Below are positions 30,118 through 39,630 of a stretch of DNA of 64,000 nt, one piece after another. The notes below the pieces were generated by a model. The model did not search any database. It worked only from the letters and a program-made list of their open reading frames with translations, and had not been told where the DNA came from. The DNA is from Halorarum halobium (GTDB taxonomy: Archaea; Halobacteriota; Halobacteria; Halobacteriales; Haloferacaceae): the NCBI RefSeq assembly GCF_032116555.1, contig NZ_CP134949.1, positions 372,001 to 436,000 on the forward strand, written 5' to 3'. Made by a program: the position numbers and the translations under genes. Every line of letters begins with the position of its first letter. Positions within the stretch are counted from its first letter, which is position 1.

Positions 30118-30624
30118 TCAGTCCCGCTCGGGGGCGGGTAACTGCTCGACGATCTCCGTGTCGTACACCTCGTCGACGTCGACGAGCTTTTCGGCCTCAC
30201 GGACGGCAGCGGGTGGCTCGGGGAGCCCCTCTGCGGGCGTCTCGACGGGGACGCCCGCCTCGAGGAACCCCCGTTCGAGCCCCGGCTCGAACAGGATGTG
30301 GAGCCTCGAGACGCGGTCCTCCGCGTTCCGGAACCCGTGGACGACCCCCTTCGGGAGGTACACGGGTTCGCCCGGCCCCACCAGCGCGTGCTCGTCGGCG
30401 TAGTAGACGTCGAACTCGCCGTCGATCGGCATGAGCAGTTCGTCGTGGTCGTTGTGGACGTGCAGCGGCGCTTCGTACCCCGGCGGGCACGTCTGCTCGG
30501 CGAGCGACAGCGAGCCGTCCGTCTCTTCCGCGCTCGTCTTGACCGTGACGATGGACCCCCGCGACCACCACACCGACGTTCCCTCGTCCCGCCTGCGGAC
30601 GATCGGGTTCGGTTCCGGACACAT
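30118..30624 (-). CDS. Cupin domain protein (quercetin dioxygenase-like)
   Basis: PLHVH..HDE and PKGVVHGFRN; ATG at 30624. Confidence 0.85.
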   Translation of the reverse strand: MCPEPNPIVRRRDEGTSVWWSRGSIVTVKTSAEETDGSLSLAEQTCPPGYEAPLHVHNDHDELLMPIDGEFDVYYADEHALVGPGEPVYLPKGVVHGFRNAEDRVSRLHILFEPGLERGFLEAGVPVETPAEGLPEPPAAVREAEKLVDVDEVYDTEIVEQLPAPERD

Positions 30625-30838
30625 ACACCCCGAACCGGGGGCGACTGGACGATAAAGGTGGTGCAGCGGGTGACGCCCGCGGTGCGGTTCGATCGACCGG
30701 CGGTCAGGGGACGGGTTCGGTCCGATCGACGGACGGCCCGGCGGGCGGGTTCGGGTCGGCCGGAACGGATGCGAGGCCGGTTCTACCGAAATCAGCACGG
30801 ATAAGGTGCCGCCCGCGTGAAGGGTGAGCATATCACGC

Positions 30839-32425
30839 ATGGCCTCCCGATCGACGAACTTCACCAGCGTCCTCGACGCACGCACCGCCCCGAACCCGGA
30901 CACCGTCGCGCTCGTCCACGACGCGACCGGCGAGCGCGTCACCTACGGGGAGCTCGCCGACCGCGTCGCGGCCGCGGGGAACGTGCTCCGGTCCCGTGGC
31001 GTCGAACAGGGCGATCGCGTCTGCCTGTTCTTCCCGAACGAACTGTCGTACCTCTCGGCCCTGTTCGGGGCGATGCGTCTCGGCGCGGTTCCGGTCCCGA
31101 TCAACGTCCGGCTCTCCGCGGACGCGATCACGTCGGTCGTCGCCGACGCCGGCGCGACGGTCGCGGTCGCCAGCGGCGAGGAAGCGATCGGACGACACGC
31201 CCTCGAGGCGCTGGCGTCGCCCGACACCGCGCTCGAAACCCTGCTCGTCGACGACCCGGACCCGACCGTGACCGACGCGGCCAACGAGTCGGATGTGGGC
31301 TCGTTCGCCCGGGCGATGGACGGGGCGTCGACCGACCTGGAACCGGCCGCGGTCGCCCCGGAGGACCCCGCGATGCAGCCGTACACGAGCGGGTCGACCG
31401 GCGAGCCCAAGGGGGTTCTGCTCACGCACGGCGGCGTCGCGTGGAACACGGACTCGCTCGCCAAGGCCCTCATGCTCGACGACAGGGAGCGGGGGCTCGC
31501 CGCGACGCCGCTGTACCACAAGAACGCGATGCCGGGGTTGAAGGCGCTGCTCGACAGGGGCGGGAGCGTCGTCGTCATGCCGGGGTTCGAGGCGGCGGCG
31601 GTGATCCGCGCGATCGACGAACACGGGATCACCTTCATCACGGGCGTGCCGGCGATGTTCAAGCTGCTGCTCGACGAGACCGAGGCGATCGCCGAGGCGG
31701 ACCTGTCGAGTCTCTCGTTCGCCGAGTGCGCGAGCGCGCCGGTGCCGGCGGAGCTCCACGAACGGTTCGCGGACGCGTTCGACGCGACGCTGCTCGAGGC
31801 GTACGGGCTGACCGAGGGCGGCCCGGTCGTGTCGGTGTCGCCGCGCTGGGGCGTCACCAAACCCGGAAGCACCGGACTCGCGATCCCGGGGACCGAGACG
31901 GTCGTCGTCGACCCGGACTCGCTCACCCCCCTCGAGGCCGGCGACGTGGGGGAACTGCTCGTGTCGAACCCCGGGCTGGGGCGGTACCACGACCGCCCGG
32001 AGGAGGTCGAGCGGAACTTCCTGCGCCGGGACGGGGCGACGTGGCTGCGAACGGGCGACCTCGCCCGGAAGGACGGGGACGGCTACCACTACATCGTCGG
32101 GCGCGTCGACGACATGATGATCGTCGGCGGGGAGAACGTCTACCCGACCGAGGTCGAGGAGCTCCTGCTGGGCCACCCGGCCGTCAGGGACGTCGCGGTG
32201 GTCGCGGCCCCCCACTCCGTGAAGGGCGAGGCGCCGGTCGCGTTCGTCGTCGCCGACGACGTCACGGCCGCGGAGCTGAAGGAGTACGCGCTCGACCGCG
32301 GACCCGCGTACGCACATCCACGGCGGGTGTTCTTCAGGGAGTCGCTGCCGCTCACCGGGACCGAGAAGATCGACCGGGGGACGCTCGAAGGCGAGGTGGA
32401 GGGGCTCATCGACGGGACGCTCTGA
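30839..32425 (+). CDS. AMP-forming acyl/aryl-CoA ligase
   Basis: YTSGSTGEPKG, YGLTEG, RTGD, GR.DD...GGENVYP.EVE, LP.TGTEK. Confidence 0.93.
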   Translation: MASRSTNFTSVLDARTAPNPDTVALVHDATGERVTYGELADRVAAAGNVLRSRGVEQGDRVCLFFPNELSYLSALFGAMRLGAVPVPINVRLSADAITSVVADAGATVAVASGEEAIGRHALEALASPDTALETLLVDDPDPTVTDAANESDVGSFARAMDGASTDLEPAAVAPEDPAMQPYTSGSTGEPKGVLLTHGGVAWNTDSLAKALMLDDRERGLAATPLYHKNAMPGLKALLDRGGSVVVMPGFEAAAVIRAIDEHGITFITGVPAMFKLLLDETEAIAEADLSSLSFAECASAPVPAELHERFADAFDATLLEAYGLTEGGPVVSVSPRWGVTKPGSTGLAIPGTETVVVDPDSLTPLEAGDVGELLVSNPGLGRYHDRPEEVERNFLRRDGATWLRTGDLARKDGDGYHYIVGRVDDMMIVGGENVYPTEVEELLLGHPAVRDVAVVAAPHSVKGEAPVAFVVADDVTAAELKEYALDRGPAYAHPRRVFFRESLPLTGTEKIDRGTLEGEVEGLIDGTL

Positions 32426-32495
32426 ACGTTCTCCCCGGGGTGGAACCGGCCCCACCGGTGGTGAGATTTATCCGCCCGGCCGCAAAGGTACGGCC

Positions 32496-33398
32496 GTGCC
32501 GACGTTTCCAGTGGCCCCGGACGTGTACGGGATTGCCCTCGACGACGACGAGACGACTGCCGCGTACCTGATCGACGACGAGGAACCGACGCTCGTCGAG
32601 ACGGGGACGGCGCAGGGAGCGTCCCGGATTCGATCCACGCTGACGACGCTCGGCGTCCCGCCGGAGACGCTCCGTCACGCGGTGATCGGCCACTACCACC
32701 TCGACCACGCGGGGGGCGCGAGAGCGCTGCTGGAGGAGGCTCCCGAGTTGACCTGTTACGCCCACGGGTCGATGACCGCCTGGCTGACCGAGGGGGAGCA
32801 GTTCGATCGGCTCGTCGAGAGCACCGCGAGCGCGCTTCCGGACCAGTTCGAGGGGATGGGCGCGCCGGACGGGCCGCTCCCGACGTCGCGCCTCCGGTCG
32901 GTCGGCGACGACGGAACCAGTCTCGACGTCGGGAGCCGGACCGTCGAACTCGTCCACACGCCCGGCCATTCGCCCGATCACCTCTCCGCGTTCGTCCCCT
33001 CGGACGGCATCGCGTTCGCGAACGAGGCGATCGGGCGGCTGTTCCCGCGGACCGACACGTTCCTCCCGCCCGCGACCGTCCCGTCGTTCGATCTCGAGGC
33101 GACCGCGCGGAGCATCGACCGGCTCGCCGACCTCGACCCCGACCTGGTCGCGTTGAGCCACTTCGGCGTCCACGACGAGCCGGCCGCGCTGTTCGACCGC
33201 GCGCGCCGGGCGCTCTCCCGCTTCCGCGACCGGGTTCCAGCCCTCCACGAGGCTCACGGGGAGGACCTGGAGGCGACGGTCGACGCCGTGCGTCGGGAGC
33301 TGCTCGACGGGCTCGAGGCGGGGTATCCGCGACGCTTCGTGGACACCCAGGCTGACGTGTGTACGCGCGGGTTCCTCGCCGCGACCGACCGCCGCTGA
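32496..33398 (+). CDS. Metallo-beta-lactamase fold hydrolase
   Basis: HYHLDHAGG, TPGHSPDH, SHFG; GTG start. Confidence 0.88.
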   Translation: MPTFPVAPDVYGIALDDDETTAAYLIDDEEPTLVETGTAQGASRIRSTLTTLGVPPETLRHAVIGHYHLDHAGGARALLEEAPELTCYAHGSMTAWLTEGEQFDRLVESTASALPDQFEGMGAPDGPLPTSRLRSVGDDGTSLDVGSRTVELVHTPGHSPDHLSAFVPSDGIAFANEAIGRLFPRTDTFLPPATVPSFDLEATARSIDRLADLDPDLVALSHFGVHDEPAALFDRARRALSRFRDRVPALHEAHGEDLEATVDAVRRELLDGLEAGYPRRFVDTQADVCTRGFLAATDRR

Positions 33399-33483
33399 CA
33401 GCCGTTGGGACCGACGAGCCCACCGCAAGTCCGTCGCGTCACTCCGCCGCCCGCCCCGTCACCGCGCCGCCCGCGCCGTCACC

Positions 33484-34239
33484 TCACCAGGAGTCGGAGA
33501 GCTGCCGGCGGGGATAGATGGAGACCTCGTGGACCGTGGTCGCGTCGGAGCGCTTGCACGCGAACGCGATGGCCTCCGCGACCTCCTCGGGCTCGGGTGC
33601 CTCGCCCGCCTCGTAGCGTTCGCGCTGTGAGAGCCCCTCCTCGAACTCGAACCCGGTGCGGACCCCGCCGGGGTTGACCAGCGTGACCGCGACGTCGTCC
33701 TCGCCCGCCCTCGCCTCCATCGAGTGCGCGAACGACCTGACCCACCCCTTCGTGGCGGCGTACACCGGGTTCGCCGGGAACGGGTACTCGCCGGCGAAGC
33801 TCCCGACGAACACCAGGTTCCCGCTCGTGGCCTCCAGTTTGGGAAGCACGGCCTGCGTCACGTAGAACGTCCCGTGAACGTTCGTCTCGGTGATCGCCCG
33901 GAACTCCGCCGGCGACGTCTCGACGGGGTCGCCCTCGACGCCCGTTCCCGCGTTGTTCACCGCGACGTCCAGTTCGCCGTGCCGGTCGACCGCCGCGTCG
34001 ACGGTGGCGCGCACCTGTTCGGGGTCGCGGACGTCCGTCGGCCGGACGTGGACGTCGGCGTCGAACTCCGCGCGCAGTTCGGACGCGAGCGTCGAGAGCC
34101 GGGACTCGCGCCGCGCCGTGATCGTGAGGTCGGCCCCCTCCCGCGCGAGCGCCCCGGCGGTCGCCCGACCGATGCCGGAACTCGCGCCGGTGACGAGTGC
34201 AGCCGTCCCCGTGAGTGTTGATTCCACGGTCGCTTCCAT
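33484..34239 (-). CDS. SDR family oxidoreductase
   Basis: TGASSGIG, NNAG, YAATK. Confidence 0.92.
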   Translation of the reverse strand: MEATVESTLTGTAALVTGASSGIGRATAGALAREGADLTITARRESRLSTLASELRAEFDADVHVRPTDVRDPEQVRATVDAAVDRHGELDVAVNNAGTGVEGDPVETSPAEFRAITETNVHGTFYVTQAVLPKLEATSGNLVFVGSFAGEYPFPANPVYAATKGWVRSFAHSMEARAGEDDVAVTLVNPGGVRTGFEFEEGLSQRERYEAGEAPEPEEVAEAIAFACKRSDATTVHEVSIYPRRQLSDSW

Positions 34240-34359
34240 GTGTCCGACATCCCATGTTCGCTTCGGTACCGGGGATACCTGAACGCCCCCGGCACGCGGC
34301 GTCTCGGCCGTATCGACCGCTATCACAAGCGGCTTTCGCGTCCGGGGCGATGCCGACGT

Positions 34360-35238
34360 ATGACCACGCAGGGTGGACCCCCTCGCATCGACCACGTGAC
34401 GATCGCGGGGCGGGACCTGGACGCACTCGAGGCGGCGTTCGAACGGGTCGGGATCGACCCGGAGTACGGCGGCAGACACGAGTCGTCGGTGACCCACATG
34501 TCGGTGGTCGGGTTCGCGGACGGCACGTACGTCGAACTCCTCGGGAAGGCGGAACCGGGGACGGCAGACTTCTGGGACGCCCACATCGACGGCGACGCCG
34601 GCCCGTGCGCCTGGGCCGTGCGAACCGACGACATCGACGGCGCGACCGAGGCACTCGTGGAGGCGGGCGTCGCGGTCGACGGGCCGTTCCCCTACAGCCG
34701 CGACCGCCCGGACGGGACCACCGCCGAGTGGAAACTCACCTTCCCCGGGGAGGGCGAACCGGGCGAGCTGTTGCCGTTCCTCATCGAGGACGTCACGCCG
34801 AGGAGCCGGCGGGTTCGACCGACCCCGTCCGCCGTCGAGTCGGGGCTCTCGGGGGTCCACACCGTCGTCATCGCGGTCGAGGACCTCGACGGGCCGATCG
34901 AGCAACTCCGGTCCGCGCTCGGGCTCTCCGCGCCGACGCGCGGGCGGGTCGAGCGGGGTCGGCTCGCGGGCAACGCGGCGGCATTCGCGGACGCGCCGGT
35001 GGCCCTCCTCGCGCCCGGAGGGACCGACGGCTGGGTGGAGGACCGCCTGGAACGGGTCGGTCCCGGCCCGTGTGCGTTCCTGTTCGGCGACGCCGGCGAC
35101 GACGTCGATCGGTTCCCCGTCGGCGAGCGGTGCGAGTTCGGGCCGCTGGACGTCGCCCTCCTCGATCCCGACCGCGTCGGTGGCATCGAGCTCCTCGGGA
35201 TCGTGGACGCCGAGGGGGCCGAAGGCGGTCGGTCGTGA
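34360..35238 (+). CDS. VOC/glyoxalase-like protein
   Basis: IDHVTI, GGRH...THM...F.DGTYVEL, LPFLIED. Confidence 0.85.
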   Translation: MTTQGGPPRIDHVTIAGRDLDALEAAFERVGIDPEYGGRHESSVTHMSVVGFADGTYVELLGKAEPGTADFWDAHIDGDAGPCAWAVRTDDIDGATEALVEAGVAVDGPFPYSRDRPDGTTAEWKLTFPGEGEPGELLPFLIEDVTPRSRRVRPTPSAVESGLSGVHTVVIAVEDLDGPIEQLRSALGLSAPTRGRVERGRLAGNAAAFADAPVALLAPGGTDGWVEDRLERVGPGPCAFLFGDAGDDVDRFPVGERCEFGPLDVALLDPDRVGGIELLGIVDAEGAEGGRS

Positions 35239-35287
35239 CCGTCCGCGGCGGGAGTTCGTCACCGGAACGCCCCGACCCGGACCGTCC

Positions 35288-36325
35288 TCAATCCTGCACG
35301 AACAGCACTTTCCCGTACAGCTCCCGATCGTCCATCTTCCGGAACGCGGTGTCGTACTCGGACAGCGGGTAGGTCTCCTGGATCACGGGCTCGATCGTTC
35401 CGTCCCAGACGTACCCACAGAGCTCCTCGAGTTCGTGGGGGAGCGCCCCCGAACTCCCGACGAGATCGAGCTGGCGGATGAACAGGAGCCGGAGCTCGGT
35501 TTCCGGGTTGGGGCCGGCGGTCGCACCGGAGGTGATCAACCGACCGCCGTCCCGGAGCGACCGCATCGAGTCGGTCCACGTGGGGCCGCCGACGCAGTTG
35601 TACACGGCGTCGACGCCGGTCTCCCCCGTCAGTTCCCAGATCCGCTTCGAGAACGACTCCTCGACGTAGTTGATGACGTGGTCGACGCCGAGATCGCGGA
35701 GGAACTCCGCCTTCGCTTCGGTGCTGGTCGTCGCGTACAGCGTGTCCACGTTGAACACGGCGTCGGCGATCTGGACCGCGAACGTGCCGACGCCGCCCGT
35801 CGCCCCGACGATCAGCGCCTCCTCGGTCGGCCGGAGGTCCCCTCTGGTCGCCAGTGCGCGCCAGGCGGTCCCGCCGGCGGTCGGGACCGCGCAGGCGGTC
35901 TCCAGCGACACGTCGTCCGGGACGGGGATGAGCGCGTGGGCCGGGACCGCGACGAACTCGGCGTGGCCGCCACGGCGCATCTCCCCGAGCATCTCGAAGT
36001 CAGGGCACGACAGGTGCTCGCCGCGTTCGCAGGCGGGACACGACCGACACGACAGGTACGGGTTCACCAGCACGCGGTCGCCTTCCTCCCACGCGGTGAC
36101 GCTCTCACCGGCGTCAGCAACGGTGCCGGCGACGTCGCCGCCGGTCCAGAAGGGGTAGCCGGGGACGTAATGGTCGAGCTCCCTGACCGCGAAGAGGTCC
36201 ATGTAGTTGAGCGCCGACGCTTTCACGTCGATCAGTACCTCCTCGGGCCCGGCGGTCGGTCGATCGACCCGCAACAGTTCGTAGTTCTCGATCGGTCCGT
36301 GCTCGTGGAACCCGACAGCCTGCAT
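35288..36325 (-). CDS. Zinc-binding alcohol dehydrogenase/quinone reductase (MDR)
   Basis: Structural Zn CRSCPACERGEHLSC, GATGGVG, YGKV; LNYMD in place of the catalytic Cys; alternative ATG at 36337. Confidence 0.92.
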   Translation of the reverse strand: MQAVGFHEHGPIENYELLRVDRPTAGPEEVLIDVKASALNYMDLFAVRELDHYVPGYPFWTGGDVAGTVADAGESVTAWEEGDRVLVNPYLSCRSCPACERGEHLSCPDFEMLGEMRRGGHAEFVAVPAHALIPVPDDVSLETACAVPTAGGTAWRALATRGDLRPTEEALIVGATGGVGTFAVQIADAVFNVDTLYATTSTEAKAEFLRDLGVDHVINYVEESFSKRIWELTGETGVDAVYNCVGGPTWTDSMRSLRDGGRLITSGATAGPNPETELRLLFIRQLDLVGSSGALPHELEELCGYVWDGTIEPVIQETYPLSEYDTAFRKMDDRELYGKVLFVQD

Positions 36326-37214
36326 TGTTGACCCCATACTCGGTGGGGGTTTCGTCGGCTTCGGCAAATAACCGCCCCCTCGGGAGAAGCTTTCCCCGAA
36401 CGTGCGGCAGTTCTCCCGAGTCGAGTCAGTTCGCACGCGCCGACAAGTTAAGATATACTGTTAATTGTGTTATCTAGTATAAATTCTGCTACTATCTGGG
36501 CGTGCTCACGTGCGACTCCCACGTGGTCGTTCTGAACCCGAGTGAAAACTGGGATGTGAGTCTCCTGCGCATCGTTGAGGGTGCTTGATCGTTCTCCCGC
36601 TCCGATCCAGGGCGGCATCCCCCTTCATCGCGTGACTCGCTCAGTTCGCCGCGGCGAGTGGGAGTGTCCATGGCGGCCCAGCAGTACGTACTGAACCGCG
36701 TCAAAGCGCCTGCCCGTAACCGATACTGAACGTCCGCTCTGTCGAACGAAGCGTCTCGAGCACGGCGCACTCATGGCCCGACGGTCAGTGTCGTCAGGCA
36801 CCCTTCTGGACTCACACCGTCCCTGATATATATGAACTCTTATATAAATATAAATTTGCCATTAAACGGGTTCCTTCATGATTCTCATCTTTCGAGGCGA
36901 GCAAGCGCTCCCGTTCGGGATCAACCCAGCAGTGACCCCGCTGACGGCTTTCGCTGCCCCATGACGAACGTCCCCGTCCGACCGCTCGAACGCCGGCACC
37001 TGCGCGACATACCGTCCCATCACACGCCAGTTCGATCGACCACGGTCGCAACCCGATCGAGCCACTCACCGACGGTCGAGACAGTTGTCGCTGACACGGG
37101 AACGGAAGTTCGACTCACCTCGCGGTTCCCACGGTGCGACCCGTTCTACCATAAATTCAGAGGTCAGTTCGTCTCTATCGCCGAAATCCGCGTCTCAGTG
37201 ACCCGCTCCAAAAC

Positions 37215-38052
37215 CGGGGTTGGACATCTCAAACGGGGAAAAACCGCTGAGCAACCCGATTTCGGCCGTTTCAGCTCGAAAAAGGTCCAACCCCGCTCAG
37301 AGACCGAGAGAACGGGCAGAAATCGGGGCTGGACATTTTCCCCCTCGCTCACACGGCGCCGAGGGGGCGGTCTCGACATGAACAAGGGGTGTTCGACGGA
37401 ACGAATAATTGCCCGTCTGAGCACGGTAATCGCCAGAATTCGGGCGAATCAGGGCGTTACTCGGACCAACGAACCGATCAGTTCGACGCCACGAACGTAT
37501 CACGCTATCCGTCCAGAAAAATGTCCAGACCTGTTGAGCCCCGCTGTTTCAAAACACCAGAGTGCGGATAGGAACCCAGGATCGTTCGCGGAGATCGATG
37601 CAGTTGGTTCCGGGAGCAGTTCCACGCGAAGCGAAGCGTTTCGATGCGTCGGCTGGCGGCCGTCCCGGTCGTGGACTGTGGCTCAACTGCCCACAGCATG
37701 CTGTACAGCAGGGTAGCTTTCGGTTCGCGGTCGGCTACTCCACTCTCTCATCGTGAGTACCCGAACGCCACCGTGACCAAGTCGCCCCGACTGTTTCATC
37801 TCGAGCGCTCCCGACGCGTTTTCTCCGCCAGGGACGGCTTCAGATGCAGCGGGATCAGCTGGGTCCGCAATCGGGTCAGACCCCAGATATCGCCGTTCCC
37901 TCGGCGATTAACCGGGGTTGGACGTCTCGAGATGGGATGTGTACCGGGTGAGTTTCCCGTCGAGAGCCGATCTGACCCGTAAGATCGACCGAATTGGGAT
38001 CGGATCCGTTCGGGGGAAGATCGGCCAGATCGGGCCGAAAATGTCCAGCCCC
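37215..38052. repeat. Six dispersed copies of a ~16-bp motif (C)GGGGYTGGACRTYTY in alternating orientation
   Basis: +37215-37230, -37278-37295, +37324-37340, -37516-37533, +37913-37928, -38037-38052, read directly from the sequence. Confidence 0.8.
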
Positions 38053-38239
38053 TCCTGGCGGATCGGGCTCGCCGGCGATTTTACGGTCAGATTCGGCTCT
38101 CGTGGCCGATCTCGTATTTGACAACGATATGAAGAGTGGTGGCCGTGTCGCCGGTGACCGGTACGTCCCGGGCCCCCGGGGCACCGTTCACCGCCGGTCG
38201 ACAATCACCCGATCGATGAACAACTATCAATGTGCGATC

Positions 38240-39493
38240 TCACCGAGTCACGGCGAGCGGTTCCCGGAGCGTCCACTCGTCGGTCGTGGGGTCGAGTCGG
38301 TGTGGTTCGGCACCCCGTTCCGCGAGGATGCCCGCGTGGTACAGCATCGCCTTCAGCTGGAAGACCGTCGGCGAGTGATAGACGTGGCCGTCCGCGAGCG
38401 TCTCGACCCTGAGGTCCCCGTCCGCGTCCAGCACGCGACCCCGGACGTCCTCGGTGCCCCGGACGAACAGCTCGACGGTGAACGTCGGATGCTGGACGTG
38501 CATCCACTCGACCAGGTCGACGAGTGACGGCTCGGCGATGCCGTCGTCGTGCATCGTCTGGAGCTCCTCGACGAGCAGTTGCGTCGCGGGGTACGCCCAG
38601 ACGACGCGTCTGGTCAGCACGCCCCACTCGGGCGCGAGCTCGCAAAAGCGCGTCCGTGACCCCTGCCACTCCTCGAACGCGTACAGTGCGGCGTCGGCCG
38701 ACCCGTAGCGGTCCAGCGCGAAGCGGATCACCTCCTCGCCGAGCGGCGTGAGACGTTTCCCCCGGGGCCGTTCGTCCACGAGTCCGAGGAACGCTGCCCC
38801 CGTCCGAGCGCTCTCGACCGCGCCCACGACGCGTTCGGCGAGCACCGAGTCGGTGTCGGCAGGGTGATAGCGCGCGAGCGGATACGCGAGGTAGTTCTTC
38901 GGGTGGTTCAGCCCGAACGACCTGTCGGCGACTCCCTGCGCGGTCGCCTGAAAGCGGATCGCCGTCGCGTCGTCGGAGGTTCGGTTCCCGACGACGCGCG
39001 GCACGCCGAGCGGGTCGACGGTCCCGTCGTCCGCGACGGCGAGGACGCCGACGTTGAGTTCGCGGGCGAGCGTCCGGGCCGACCCCGAGATCGCGTCGGC
39101 CGGCGCGGCGACGAACGCGGCGTTCGCCTCGTGGAGCCGGTCGTGCGCCTGGACGACGCCCCGTTCGACGTCGACGCCACCGGCGCCGGTGTGGCCCTTC
39201 GCCTCGACGGCGATCAGCGGCGGCTGCTCGCCGAAGCGCTCGACCGCGAGGAGGTCCGACTCGAGCGTTCGGACGCCGACGAGATCCGGGTAGCCCGAGC
39301 CCAGCCTGACGTGGTTGAACGGGGCGAGCTGCTCGCGGACGTCCGCTGGTATTCGCTGGTCGGGCAGCCACTCCTCCATCGCGAACTGCGTGTCCGCGAC
39401 GGCGTACGCGTTCCCGTCGCCGGTCGCCGGAAAGAGGCGGCGCTTGGCGTGGGCGAGCACCCGTGGTTCCGACAGCGCCGCCGCGCCTGCCAT
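38240..39493 (-). CDS. Stand-alone PD-(D/E)XK nuclease-domain protein with putative C-terminal winged helices
   Basis: GYPDLVG...IAVEAKG and downstream GVVQA helix; C-terminal FLGLV..RLTPLG; ATG at 39493. Confidence 0.7.
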   Translation of the reverse strand: MAGAAALSEPRVLAHAKRRLFPATGDGNAYAVADTQFAMEEWLPDQRIPADVREQLAPFNHVRLGSGYPDLVGVRTLESDLLAVERFGEQPPLIAVEAKGHTGAGGVDVERGVVQAHDRLHEANAAFVAAPADAISGSARTLARELNVGVLAVADDGTVDPLGVPRVVGNRTSDDATAIRFQATAQGVADRSFGLNHPKNYLAYPLARYHPADTDSVLAERVVGAVESARTGAAFLGLVDERPRGKRLTPLGEEVIRFALDRYGSADAALYAFEEWQGSRTRFCELAPEWGVLTRRVVWAYPATQLLVEELQTMHDDGIAEPSLVDLVEWMHVQHPTFTVELFVRGTEDVRGRVLDADGDLRVETLADGHVYHSPTVFQLKAMLYHAGILAERGAEPHRLDPTTDEWTLREPLAVTR

Positions 39494-39630
39494 GGTTCGG
39501 GGTTTCGGGGGTGGTACATGAAGGTTCAGGTGGAGGCGGAGCTGAGGGAGCGAGATGCGTCGTGCTGTCTCTCGGAATGCCCGTGGGACCGACGGACGAG
39601 AGCGACGGGCCACCGGCTCGATTGCCCAGA

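Noticed and set aside
36832..37716. 294-aa ORF across the low-GC gap
   Set aside because: Basic, Ser/Arg-rich, no recognisable motif, codon use unlike the host, and it overlaps the repeat array; probably non-coding, although not excluded
37215..38052. Possible CRISPR array
   Set aside because: Repeats are ~16 bp, alternate in strand and are irregularly spaced; no cas genes are present
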